A stretch of 64,000 bases of DNA from Eledone cirrhosa (lineage: Eukaryota): NCBI GenBank assembly GCA_964016885.1, contig OZ024743.1:189844001-189908000 (forward strand). The letters are read 5' to 3'. Shown piece after piece: positions 12,290 through 25,092 of this stretch. How positions within the stretch are numbered: position 1 is the first letter of the stretch; each line of letters starts with the position of its first letter. The translations under genes and the position numbers were made by a program. The notes under the pieces are model-generated. The model was given only the letters and a program-made list of their open reading frames with translations, searched no databases and had not been told where the DNA came from.

Positions 12290-13460
12290 AAGGAGTAGGT
12301 AGAAATTCCATCCTATGTCCCAAATGCAATCTATGCGTACACAAAAGATGTAGAGGGATCACATGCAGGCTACCAAAGAATGTAGGGTTTATATGCGGCC
12401 ACTGCATAGATGCAACAATTAGCAGGAGCACGCAAGATACTAGCTCCTTCAAATGCCCAGAGGGCTTTGTCAACAGTTTCCATTATCTGGGTGACCAAAT
12501 CAGCCATAGAGGAGGGTATTCTAAAAGTACAGTAGCCAGAATAAGAACAGGATGGAGAAAGTTTGGGGTGCTACTATCGCTGATAGCTACAAAAGGTTTT
12601 CCCTTCAAAATGAATGGCAGATTTTGTGATGCATGTATATGAGCAGCAATATTGCATGGTAGTGTGACCTGAGTTTTGTGTGCAGAGAACTTGTGAAGAT
12701 TGGAAAGCGATGGAGCCTAAATGCTCTGAGCATAAATGAACTGAGAGAGAAATCCAGCATAAGAGGAATCAGATGCAGTGTGCAATAGAGAAGATTGTGT
12801 TCGGATGGCCATGTGATTAATATGAAGGATGACAGCTGTATAAAAAGGTGCAGGGCGATGTATAAAAGGTGCAAAGCTATGGAATAGGAATACCTAAGAA
12901 GGCCTGGCAATAGGTGGTAAAAGCTGACCTTGCACAATTCGACCTCTCACAGATCGAGATTTTGGCATTATGCAATAATACAGAAGACCAACCTACTCAT
13001 GAGCACAGATTGAAGCATACATCTATTATTTATAAACCATTTAAACACTATCCACCCTCCCCATTCCATACACCTCCCATGCCCTAACATGCCACTCACA
13101 TCCTGATCCCACCACCCTTCTCCCATGCATTTACACCCCTGCCTCAGTCCCCATTTCACATTGTAAAGTGGTCATGTACTTGTCACAAAATAAACACCCA
13201 GCCCAAACTGAAAGTGGTCGTGACAAAAAGCATCCAGTCCATGCTGTAAAGTGGTCATGTAGGTGCCATGACAAAAAGCACCCAGCATGCACTCTTAATA
13301 TGGTTGGTGTTAGGAAGGGCATCTAGCCATAAAAACCAAACTAGAAACAGTTCTGTATGAGCAAGATATGGTCACCTGACTTCCTTGTCTCAAATGGGAC
13401 AAACTATCTAACCCATGCTTGCATGGAAAATAGACGTTCAACAATGATGATGTTGATGTT
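12290..13460 (+). mobile_element. Decayed RTE fragment followed by SINE-like 3' region, same family as 10655-11400
   Basis: DNA homology GATGCATGTAT..GCATGGTAGTG..ATGAAGGATGACAGCTG; tail AACCCATGCTTGCATGGAAAATAGACG. Confidence 0.7.
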
Positions 13461-13476
13461 GATATATATATATATA

Positions 13477-13515
<39 letters not shown>

Positions 13516-13650
13516 ATATATATATATACTTCCCGAGTCCAGTGACCAAAAAATTGTTGTATTTTGATGTTTCAGAATACAAAAATTAATTAAAAACTTA
13601 CCCACGAAAAGACAGCGTGTGTTGTCCTATCTATAAGCTCCCTTGCATAC

Positions 13651-14245
13651 AACTCGTTTTCATGTATGGCCACTACTTTATATCTGTGTAGGAGAACCCC
13701 TACCAATGCGCTGAATGAGTGTGACTTTTTAGTCCAGCCAGCGACTTGAAAACTCTGGTACAAACACTACACTTGTGACAATTATTGACACATAGTGCTG
13801 GGCTCATGGTACCATGTGACGACAAGTGCAGAGAGATCTCCAGATATAAAGCAATGCCTGTGCTGTGAAGCTTTTATAGTGAGCAAAGGCTCTGCACAAA
13901 GCCAGTCCCACTCTCTTAACCAAGATGATATTTACCAAAAAGAAGAACAAGTCAACATTATTGGATACCATCAGAGTTGCAGGTGTTATATCAGAGTTTT
14001 CCTTCTCCTAGAATTCTGCCTTGACAAAGGCTAAGGGGTCATCTCTCCCAGTGATTTTGGATGGCCATTGACTCTTAAGAGCTCCTTTGCCCTTTGACAG
14101 GTTTTGTTTTTAGTCCTGCAGGATGTCCAAAGTCACTCTCCTCACCAAAAAACCTTGGTGGGGTTGCCAGTTTAGTCGCCGACGCGACCATAGGACAGGT
14201 TGTACTGGGATACATGTTACCAGTAGCACCAACTGGTGACCTGAC
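13651..14245 (-). mobile_element. Non-autonomous RTE-derived element, copy 1
   Basis: Reverse complement of 29983-30586; near-identical translations (13795-14034 vs 30194-30439). Confidence 0.8.
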
Positions 14246-14246
14246 A

Positions 14247-14351
<105 letters not shown>

Positions 14352-14443
14352 ATAATAATAAATTTGAAGACTAACATCCAAAGAGGGCTCGATAAGGATA
14401 AATATATATCAACTATATAAGAACGGTAGAGCAAATATTTATT

Positions 14444-14571
14444 AAAATAACAGATTAAAGTTTCAGCAAAGAATCGCCGCTTTCACCCTTAACGGGATCT
14501 TCTGAAGTTTCAGAAGATCCCCTTAAGGGTGACAGCAGCGATTCTTTGCTGAAACTTTAATCTGTTATTTT
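14444..14571. repeat. Near-perfect palindrome (63-bp arms, 2-nt loop)
   Basis: AAAATAACAGATTAAAG...GGGATCTTCTGAA-GT-TTCAGAAGATCCC...CTTTAATCTGTTATTTT with 3 mismatches; inverted partial copy at 18707-18788. Confidence 0.9.
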
Positions 14572-14572
14572 T

Positions 14573-14624
<52 letters not shown>

Positions 14625-14631
14625 TATATAT

Positions 14632-14907
14632 TGTTGTATTCCTCTCGGTACTCGCAGAGAAAACACAACGAGTTATATCAAATAATTTGTGTAATTTGCG
14701 AAACAACCAAAACGCCCCTCCTCGCAGTAGCAGAATAACATAAAGTAAGTAAGTAGCAGTCTGTGACCGAGTTTTTAATACCAACGCTGACTGACTGCCC
14801 AGGTCACGTGATTCATATGCAAATGTGTGAGCACGTGTAAATTGAATAGAAATTTAACAGTCCATACAACAATGAGGTTGTGAGTTCGATTCCCAGTCCA
14901 TACAACA
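14632..14907 (-). repeat. 3' LTR of the Gypsy element
   Basis: Termini TGTTGTAT...ATACAACA (TG..CA, 8-bp inverted repeat); polypurine tract GGTGGGGAGG immediately upstream on minus (14908-14917). Confidence 0.85.
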
Positions 14908-15097
14908 CCTCCCCACCGAAATTGATGCGACAAAAGAAGCATCAACAGCAAAGTCTCTCTGGGGGTTTACGAGTTCTCTTGGACCGTCTTCGATTGTCTG
15001 GTCCATACTCTGGAACGGGCAACAAGGTCTTGGGTCTGGTCTGTCTTGGAGTTAGTGGCACGATTTCCGAGATCTCCATCGGGTGATCTGTTGCAAA

Positions 15098-16300
15098 TTA
15101 AAAAACAGTGTCTACTGCATCACCAGGTTCATTGTCTTCCTCAGTAGTGTACCGCGGTTGCAGCTGTTCCCAGTGTCGTCTCCACACCGGGCCATGAGGT
15201 ATGACCTTAACGTTGAAGCAGCGAGTACCCAATGACTTCTTAATGATTGCTGGTACCCATCGGGGATCTTTGTCTCGGCGAGGTCTGTAGTACAGTGCAT
15301 ACACAGGATCTCCAGCATTGTACTGCCTGGTAACCTTAGCGACACCTGCCGATTCCGGAGTCATCTGAGACTTATATGCTTCCTTAGACTGCTTGCCTTG
15401 AGCGATGTGTGCTGGCGAGGGCAGCAGAGAATCAATCCTTGTCCGTATCTGCCGGTGATTCAAAAGTTCACTCGGAGAGAATCCACTGGATGTCGGTGTT
15501 CTCCGGTACTGCATCAAGAACTCTTGAAGTGCTCGCTTCGGCGGAAGAGAAGTCTTCCTCAGAGCTTGTTTGAAGGTCTGCACCAAACGTTCCGCTGCTC
15601 CGTTAGTAGCTGGGTGGTAACGTGCCCCTGTCAGGTGCGTGATCCCACGTTCTTTGCACCAACTCTGGAACTCCTCAGAAATAAAAGTTGGTGCGTTATC
15701 GGTGACTAGCGTGTGAGGAAATCCGAAGTGCGCAGAGTCTTCTTCAAGCAGATCTAAAGTGGCTCTGGAGGACGTGGATGACGTAGGATGAATGCATGGA
15801 TACTTGGAATAAGCATCCGTGATCACCAACCAATTACAGCCCATAAAATTTATTGCGTGGTCCAGGTGTAAGCGGCTCCACGGCTTTTCAGGTAACATCC
15901 ATGGGTGAACTGGAGACTTGGATGGCTGGTTTTGATGTTCACCACACGAATCACATTGTCGACTGGTTTTCTCTATAGCAGCATCGATACCAGGCCAATA
16001 AACAGCAGTTCTTGCCAATTGTTTCATGCGCTCCATGCCAAAGTGTCCGAGATGCAGAAGATTGAGGATCTTTGGCTGTAAGCTATGTGGAATCACAACT
16101 CTCGATCCATGGATAAGGCATCCGTGGCAGATACTGAGTGAATCCGATAACTTCCGGAACTTATTGACTTCGTCATTGATCTCAGTATTCTTTGGTGGCC
16201 AGCCTTCACGGACGTAGCGTATCACTGTAGATATCACTGGATCTTTCCCTGACTCTTGACGGAGGACGTTAGAATCGATAGGTTGGACTTGAAGACAGAG
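15098..16300 (-). pseudogene. Gypsy integrase (frameshifted from RT/RNase H)
   Basis: HLGH..CDSC zinc motif; catalytic LHLD / TDN / AAERLV (DDE). Confidence 0.9.
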
Positions 16301-17560
16301 CTTTGATGGCGCACACCATGTCCATGTCTTCACCTTTTTGCTTCCTGTCAAAGTCGATGTCATTACCAAATGGCAAGCGACTGAAGGCATCTGCATTGCC
16401 ATGATCCGTTGTTTTCCGATATTCGATGGTGTAGTCAAACTGGTTCAGCCACAGGGCCCACCGTGCTAGTCGGTTAGCAGCGAGCAGTGGCGTCCCTTTC
16501 CTCGGACTGAACAGTGATGTCAGTGGCTTGTGGTCAGTTACGAGTATAAACTGATGTCCGTACAGATACTGATAGAACTTCTGCAAGCCAAATATGATGG
16601 CCAGGGCTTCCTTTTGAATTTGGCCGTAGTTACGCTGTGCAGAAGTAAGAGTCTTAGACACATTGGATATTGGGCGCTCGCTTCCATCAGGATAGCGATG
16701 AAACAGGACTGCTCCAATACCAACGTTTGACGCGTCGCAAGTCAGTCCCAAAGTTTTGTTTGGATCGAAGTGTATCAGAACTCGATCCGATGAAAGCACA
16801 TTTTTCAACTGATCGATAGCTGACTGTTCTCCATCTCCCCACTTCCAAGTAGTCGTTTTTTTCGTAAGGCAATAGAGTGGCTCTGCCATGCTGGCCAGGT
16901 TTGGGATGAACTTTCTATAGAACTGAACTGAACCCAGGAAAGACTTCAAGTTTGAGACGTTCGTTGGAGGTGGCATCTTTAAAACTGCTTCGACCTTGGA
17001 TCCCTTCGCGATCCCTTCAGCCGACAAGGTGTGTCCAAGGTATTCCACACTGGGTAGTGCAAACTGGCACTTGTCACGGCGACATCTGAGTCCTTTGTCG
17101 CACAGACGTGTGAGCAGACTCTTTAGGTTGTTCAGGTGATCGTTTGCATCTTTCCCACTGACGAGCATGTCGTCCTGGAAGACGGCCACACCAGGTAGAT
17201 CTTGAGTCAGGTTTTCCATGATTTGAAAGTAACCAGGTGCTGACTTGATTCCGAAAGGGAGTCGTTCCTGCAGGAGCACCCCACGGTGAGTGCTGAGTGC
17301 AAGCCTGCGTTGACTTTCTGGAGCCAGCTTGATCTGATTATAGGCATCAGCAAGATCAATCTTTGTGTATCCGAATCCACCTCCGAGCTTCTGCATCAGT
17401 TCCTCTGGGAGTGGCATTGGATGACGATGATCTGCAAGTTGGTCATTAATTCCCACAGAGTAGTCACCACAAATCCGTAGTTTGGGCTTCAGGTTGCCTG
17501 AAGTATGTGCTTTACGAATCGGTACCACTGGCGTTCCGTATTCGTTGAACTGTACTGGCT
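16269..17560 (-). pseudogene. Gypsy reverse transcriptase and RNase H
   Basis: KIDLADAYNQI, LPFGIKSAP, FQDDMLV, YLGH; RNase H TCDAS..EALAI..TDHKPL. Confidence 0.92.
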
Positions 17561-17561
17561 T

Positions 17562-18706
17562 TCAGATTCCTTTGGCGATGCCTTCTTCGTAACCTTTGGC
17601 CAGGTCATCACGAAGAGCAAACGGGACCGGGCGTGCCTTGTGAAAGACCGGTGTCGCGTCCGACTTGAACTTCACTTCCAGTTCGAAGTCATTAAGACAT
17701 CCCAATTCTTGATTGAAGAGATATGCGACTTCATCACACATGTTGTGACAATCTCGTTGCATGGAAATATAGGGCTCATTTGAGGTCTTTGGATGCATCA
17801 CTTCTGCACCCTCACTCTTAGCCTGGCTGTCTATGCTTTTCAATCCTAGAGCATTGTCCACGGAAATTCCCAGAGTCTGGATAGCGTTTCGTCCCAGCAA
17901 ATTAAGATCAGGGATCTTGGTGACGATGTAGGGTATTGAATTCCGTTTACCGGTCATTGGATCCTTGGTTTGGCCCATAAAAGTTCCCAGAACGGGCAGG
18001 TCCTGCTTGCTGGCAGATTCAAACCGATGTTTGACATCTTGCAGCTTCGATTTTCCTAATTGTTTCCAAACTGACAAGGAAACAAAATTGCCTGTAGTAG
18101 CTGTGTCCAATTCCATTGTGAAAAGTCTGTTCTGGATTGTTATTGGCACATTCAAACTATGAGTATCGTGGGGAACTTCACCAAGGATCGCCTTGACTAG
18201 CTCAGCTTTCGTGATTCTTTTCACGTAATTCTGTGAGCGATGATTACGTTGCTGATGTTGTTTCTTTCTACACACCGCTTGCAAATGTCCCTTTTTGTCA
18301 CAAAAATGACATTTGGCTTCTTTGAAGGGGCAGTCTGTCGCTTTGTGGGCCTTTCCACCTCGGTAGCACATCTCCTGGTCTGTGGAATAAGACTGCTGAT
18401 AGTTCTTTCGAGGACCCTTGTTCTTGTTCTGCTGGACCTTGTAGACTTGCTTGGTTTTGGAACCGTAAACAGTTTCCTTGGCAACCTTTGCTGCGTCTTC
18501 GGTCCCGATGGCAACTTGGACAGCACGGGCGAAATCTAGTTCTGTATCCTTGATCTTGAAAATAGCCTTCAACACAGCTTCATTATTGACAGAACATATA
18601 AATCTCTGTCTTAGAGCTTCATCTTGTGGATTTGTGATCGAAGGAAAATCACAGGTAGCTGCATCCTGACGTATACGTGCTGCCAGCTCCTGGAGAGTTT
18701 CGCCTC
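17562..18706 (-). pseudogene. Gypsy gag C-terminus and aspartic protease (N-terminus missing)
   Basis: CYRGGKAH..DC and CHFCDKKGHLQAVC knuckles; protease MELDTAT..LLGRN. Confidence 0.88.
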
Positions 18707-18781
18707 TAACGGGATCTTCTGAAACTTCAGAAGATCCCGTTAAGGGTGAAAGCAGCGATTCTTTGCTGAAACTTTAATCTG

Positions 18782-18862
<81 letters not shown>

Positions 18863-19078
18863 CAAATAAATTATCGAGAATCGGAACTTCGGCCCACGAA
18901 ATAACGAAAAAACAATCTTCGAAATGTGCGGCAAAGTGCTCAATGGTTCGGATAAACCAGAGCTATAACTAACGTTTAATACCAACACACTGAGACGATG
19001 CTTAAACAATCATTCGCACAGCCAAAATACGACCAAGAAAATTCGGGTCAAACAAATAAAAATATATATGAATGAAAA

Positions 19079-19139
<61 letters not shown>

Positions 19140-19558
19140 CATGTATGTATGTATGCAAGGGAGCTTATAGATAGGACAACACACGTTGTCTTTTCGTGGG
19201 GTAAGTTTTTAATTAATTTTTGTATTCTGAAACATCAAAATACAACAAGTTTCTGGTCACTGGACTCGGGAATGTCACGACGGAAGTTTGTGGAAGTTAC
19301 ACAAATATTTTCGTATATTTTACATTTACTTACATCTCAATATAACATGGCTAAAATTCAAATTTTGCAAAGAGAAGAAAACGGACAAATGAACTAGATA
19401 CATCTCACTGCCCCTCGCCACCACAATAACATCTATACTCTCTCCCCACCATCACATTTACATTACACATGTCATTACCCTATCTAGACTAAAGTCACCG
19501 ACCTGTTGTCAAACTCTCTACTCTGTGTTGAATGTGTGTGTGTGTATATATATATATG

Positions 19559-21764
19559 TATTAAAATATAAGTATTAATAAAATAGATGTTCTTTTGATC
19601 AATAATATTTTATTATACATATTTCGGATGTACAAAAGTACGTCCTCGTCAGAGAAAATATAATGATACATGACATACCCTGAGATGTTAAATGGTTAAG
19701 ATTTAATCAAGGTAGTGATTACCCGATAGAAAATTTTACTTATTTAATATCTATGTGAAAGTGCGAAAACGTAATAAATTCATTAGAGAATGTGTGAGAA
19801 AGAAAAAACGTTGCATACTGTAAGTGTTCTAAAATTTTAAAGTGTATAATACTACGATATATCTAGGAAAACGTCTCATGAATCATAACAGCCAGTGATA
19901 GCTACTGGAAAAAGATTCATAAGGAGGGAAAAATAAAGTGGGGGGGGGGGGTCGAAAGTTTAACGGTTAGATTTGAAAATATTTATTTTATAATATTAAG
20001 GTGAAGACTCCAGATTTCAGGATTATTTGCTAGTTATTTATATATTATTTATATGAATTCGATAAGTGTTTTATCATTTCTAAACTTCTGAATTGTGAGA
20101 ATAACATTTAAAGGATTTAGCTGGCACATAAAGAATGAAATATTATACTGTTGATTAATTACCTAAATCTAAACTTTAACAAATATACCAACATATTAGG
20201 TATGTAAAGCTTTTGAAGTACTTATTGTTATAAATATTTAAATAACTATTATGTATATAGGTATATATATTAATGAGCCAGTATGTTTAAGGTAAAAAAT
20301 ACCGACGAAGATAAAAATAAAATAATATGTTAAGGATAAATATATACATATGTATAACTGGGTGTAAATGTACTAATTATTCTTCAACCAAGATATCAAC
20401 ATATTATTAGATATAGGGATGTATATATATAGATATATATTAGGTATTATTAGTATACTTTAGGTAAATGATAACAGTTATAATTTTATCAACGTGTTAC
20501 ATTTAAATACATATATATATACATATAAGAAAAACAAACAATGAGTGCATGTATAATATAGAGTTCAAAATAATGTCTATAATAATTTTTAGTTTGGATA
20601 TTTTCTCTATATTTGAATTATATATATAGAAGTATGGTAGGTATATTTAAAAATATTAAAAAATATATAAAATACAATATATAACTACATATATATTATA
20701 ATACATTATATTATAAATAAATATATAAGAGATCGAAAGTACAGCGAAAAATTCACATTTATATATAAGTTTGAATCCGTCTCAAAATTTAGATTTTTTA
20801 GTGCAGTAAGTATATTTAAAAGAAATATATGCTATATTATACTATAAATAATAGATCAAAAAGTCATTAAAAATTTGGAGTTATAGATAAGTTTCATAAA
20901 CATTTTTGGATTGGGTATTAAACTAAAATGTAAAAGAGATCACAAATGTATTAAAAATTCACAGTTAAATAAATTCAATAAATATAAATAATTCAATAAA
21001 TAGAAATAATAATATAAATAATTACCTTAAACATACTGGCTCATTAATATATACCTATATACATAATAGTTATTTAAATATTTATAACAATAAGTACTTC
21101 AAAAGCTTTACATACCTAATATGTTGGTATATTTGTTAAAGTTTAGATTTAGGTAATTAATCAACAGTATAATATTTCATTCTTTATGTGCCAGCTAAAT
21201 CCTTTAAATGTTATTCTCACAATTCAGAAGTTTAGAAATGATAACACACTTATCGAATTTATATAAATAATATATAAATAACTAGCAAATAATCCTGAAA
21301 TCTGGAGTCTTCACCTTAATATTATAAAATAAATATTTTCAAATCTAACCGTTTAAGTTTCGACCCCCCACCCTCACACGCACACTTTATTTTTTCCGCC
21401 TTATAAATCTTTTTCCAGTGGCTATCATTGGCTGTTATGATTCATGAGACGTTTTCCTAGATATATCGTAGTATCATACACTTTAAAATTTTAGAACACT
21501 TACAGTATGCAACGTTTTTTCTTACTCACACATTCTCTAATGAATTTATTACGTTTTCGCACTTTCACATAGATATTATATAAGTAAAGTTTTCTATCGG
21601 GTAATCACTACCTTCATTAAATCTTAACCATTTAACATCTCAGGGTATGTCATGTATCATTATATTTTGTTTGATGAAGACGTACTGTTGTACATCCGAA
21701 ATATGTATAATAAAATGTAATTGATCAAAAGAACATCTATTTTATTAATACTTATATTTTAATA
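19559..21764. mobile_element. Large inverted duplication (~740-bp arms, ~725-bp spacer) with outward-facing hammerheads, Penelope pLTR-like
   Basis: 19559-20295 is the reverse complement of 21022-21764 with scattered mismatches; hammerhead cores at 19603-19663 (-) and 21660-21720 (+). Confidence 0.8.
19603..19663 (-). ncRNA. Minimal type I hammerhead ribozyme (family D)
   Basis: Minus ATATTTTCT-CTGACGA-GGACGTACTTTTGTACATCC-GAAA-TATGTATA^ATAAAATAT; the plus-arm copy has TTGATGA instead of the core CTGA. Confidence 0.7.
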
Positions 21765-22114
21765 TTAATAACTCCTGAAAATTATTTTATCGTTGAGTGC
21801 TTCCAATCTACTGTAAAACTCATTCTTTGACATAATCATCGAATATTGTTTAACAACTTAATATATATATATGTATGTATATGTGTGTATATACATCACT
21901 CAGTCAAACGACCAGATTTCAACCCCAACATCTACAACAACAACAGCGGCATCAAACGATAAAAAAAAACAAAAAAAACACACAAACAAACAAAAATCTC
22001 AAAATAACAAAAAACATACACGCACACAACACAACAACAACATCAACTGCCACCACCACCACCACCGCCGCCGCCATCACCATCACCAGCGACCGGGCCT
22101 TAAGAAAACAACTT

Positions 22115-22272
22115 TAATAATAATAATTTTTCTGCTACTGGCACGGATCCAGCGACTGCCCAGCGCATTACTGGTACTCTCTTTTGTTGACTCCGTAGGG
22201 ATGAAAGGCAAGGTTGACCTCGGCGGGATTTGAGCTCAGAGCGTAGAGAGCCATAGCTCTATGCTGTAAAGC
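22115..22272 (-). mobile_element. SINE family A
   Basis: CTGGTACT..GGATGAAAGGCAAGGTTGACCTCGGCGGGATTTGA. Confidence 0.75.
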
Positions 22273-22374
22273 AATTATAGTAATACTGAACTGTAACACG
22301 AACGGCTTCAACTATACAAACTCTTGAAAGTCAACAGTTGACATAATCTTGTAATCTTGTATCAGTAATGACGG

Positions 22375-22448
<74 letters not shown>

Positions 22449-22559
22449 AAGTGAGTAGCGTGTGTGTGTTTGCTTGTATGTATGAGTGTTGCTGTGCGCG
22501 CGAGTATGTATGTGTGTGTATGTCGTACGTATATGTGTCAATAAGTGAGTTTTTTTTTT

Positions 22560-22848
22560 GCGCGCGGGGACATAGAAATAATCGGGCTGGATGCCCGATC
22601 GTGCAGTTAAACCACTGGGAGTGAAGAACCCCTAGCCTTTGTCAGGGCATTCTTCTAGGAGAAGGCATCTCAGGAAACTGGGTTAACTCCGACATAAAAC
22701 CTGCGGCTCAGTAGTTACCGATGATGTTGATCTTTTCTTCTTTTCGGGTTATAGCTACTGTCGCTCAGTGCACAGTCATTCCTCACTTTAAAAATATTCG
22801 TCACGCACAGGCATTGCACGATTGCATTAATTAATAATTATTAATAGT

Positions 22849-22883
<35 letters not shown>
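22560..22883 (+). mobile_element. Short element with RTE 5'UTR-like motif and (ATT)n tail
   Basis: CCCCTAGCCTTTGTCAGGGCATTCTTCTAGGAGAAGG..AACTCCGACATAAAACCTGC resembles ~30190-30250 of the non-autonomous RTE element. Confidence 0.55.
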
Positions 22884-23092
22884 GGCGACCTACGTAGGAA
22901 ATCGTATTATCGTGAGCTCCGCAAAGGTTTGTTATTTCCGTTTGTTTAAAAATTGCCATTTATGGAAAATTTTATTGTAAACTGTTTATAAGCACACATA
23001 CATTGTTTTCCGAAAAGGACACCCAAAAAGATTGGGGCCTTGTGCCCAAAATTTTAACTTTTATTATTATCCAAAAATTTCTTTGAAAAAAA

Positions 23093-25058
23093 ATGGCTAA
23101 TTCCCCTCTGCACGAAGCAGCTGAAAGCCTTCCTCACAAAATAACACCTCACACCGACACCACCATTGTAAATGTTACTACGTTTGCCAACACAAAAAAA
23201 AATATAAGCAGTAGCAATATTTTAAATTTGTCTCAGGCAGACATTCATTTCCCGCCATTACCAATGACTGCAGGTGTTAAACCCTCCACCACCACCACCA
23301 CCGCGACAACAGAAACAAAAGAAGAAAAAAATAAATTAACTCGTGACGTCGAAATGAAATCAAGCAAAATGGACTCTTCCCCACGAAAGACGACTGACGT
23401 CACCACCACCACAACTGAAAATAAAATTAATATTAACGATAGCAACAACAACAACAATGACATAAAACCGACCCTCAGTTTCGCCATCGTAGCAAAACAA
23501 TTCGAAGCGTTCACGGTAACTCAAGAAGATTTAGAAAATGCCAAACAAATGGTAAAGAAAGATGGGTACAGGGTCAGCCTCACCCCCCCCCCCCCCCCCC
23601 CCACCTAATAAAATGGAGCATCGGCGCCTGTGCACCGTGTCGTATAGAACAATAAATGTAAAATCGCGCCGAGTGGAACGGGCATCCGAGTCCCAAATCC
23701 AAAAAGCTTTGGGACATGTGTGGGCAAGAAAAACCCACATCAGACGTGGGCAAAAGTATGGAACCGTGGATGTGTTCTTTGAAACACCAGAGGAGGCTAC
23801 AGAACACTCCATGGCCCCATTAAAAAGTGACGACCTCACACTCGTCCCAAGCTATTGTGGCCAGAGACTCGTAAAGATCAGGGTGACCCACGTTCCACCG
23901 GCCATCGAAATTCCCTGGCTAATAGCGGCTGTCCTCGCCGGCATCGAAGCCAACACGAAAATAATAGCAGTAGCAAAAGAAAAGCAGGAAAACTGGTCCG
24001 GATCTGGAATGGAGCTCCTGATCCAAGCGGACCAAAAAAGCATTGAGGAGATCCCAGAGGTAATAGACCTCACTGACGGCAGCCACCTCACGGTAATTGT
24101 CGAGGGCAGAAGACCTAGGTGTGTCGTTTGTGGTGAAGGAACCCACCTAAGGGCTTTCTGCCCTCAGGCTAAAAGGTTGAGGCCACCTCTCCTACCCACC
24201 CCAGTGACACAACCATCAACACCACCAGTAGCAGAGATGGCAGCAACAACTGTAGCAGCAACAACAGAAGCAACTATAACAGCAACAACCCCAGCAACAG
24301 TAGCAAAACCAACACCACTACCACCACCAGCAAAACCAACACCACCACCACCCAACGCTTCAGAACTAGCACCAGCGCCTACACCATCCACCACACCACA
24401 ACCAAAACTAACGGCTGTGGAGGGTTTTCCACTCCCCGGCCTATCACAACTGGAGACAGATTGTGACGACGAGGAGTGGGAAACGATATCCGGAAAAAAA
24501 AAAGAAACCAAAAAAGAAAAAATTCTCTTCCTTCTCCCTCCAAAAACAAAACACAGAGGGAAACAAATAAACTAAGAAACAAAAAAGTTAGGACAGATAT
24601 GCCACCATCCACACCAGCATCACCAACCCCATCAACCCAAACACCAACACCATCACCATCATTAACTCCAACACCACCATCACCTACACCACAAAAGTCA
24701 CCAAAATGCGAAACAAACAAACCCACAACAAACGCAAACAAAACAAAACAACCAAAACGATACACACTACACAGCATTAAATTTGAACAACAAGCAATTA
24801 TTACACTACATCCAACACAACACCAGCATCACAGAAAAAGACTACACAACAACCCCAAAATTCACACCACCTCCACACATACAAATCACTCGCATCACAC
24901 AGAAAACGTACATGACACTAAAACAAAAATTCCCAAAAGACATCGGAGACTTCCGACAAGCACTCTCCAGGAGGATTTATAAGGACATCCTTCCTGAGGA
25001 GGCCACAAGCAGTGAAAAGGATGGAAAAACCGTCCTTTCCCTACGAGAAGTAAGGTAA
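23093..25058 (+). pseudogene. Tx1/L1 ORF1 (frameshifted at homopolymers)
   Basis: LSFAIVAK, CVVCGEGTHLRAFC (C-X2-C-X4-H-X4-C), Pro/Thr-rich region, WETISGKKK. Confidence 0.75.
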
Positions 25059-25092
25059 GTGGTCTTTCCCATCTTTTCCACTCCTTTTCAAC

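Larger units (their letters stand above)
14632..18706 (-). mobile_element. Ty3/Gypsy LTR retrotransposon (Mag-like), 5'-truncated
   Basis: Gag zinc knuckles, then protease, RT, RNase H and integrase in Gypsy order; PPT and 3' LTR present, 5' LTR absent. Confidence 0.93.
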
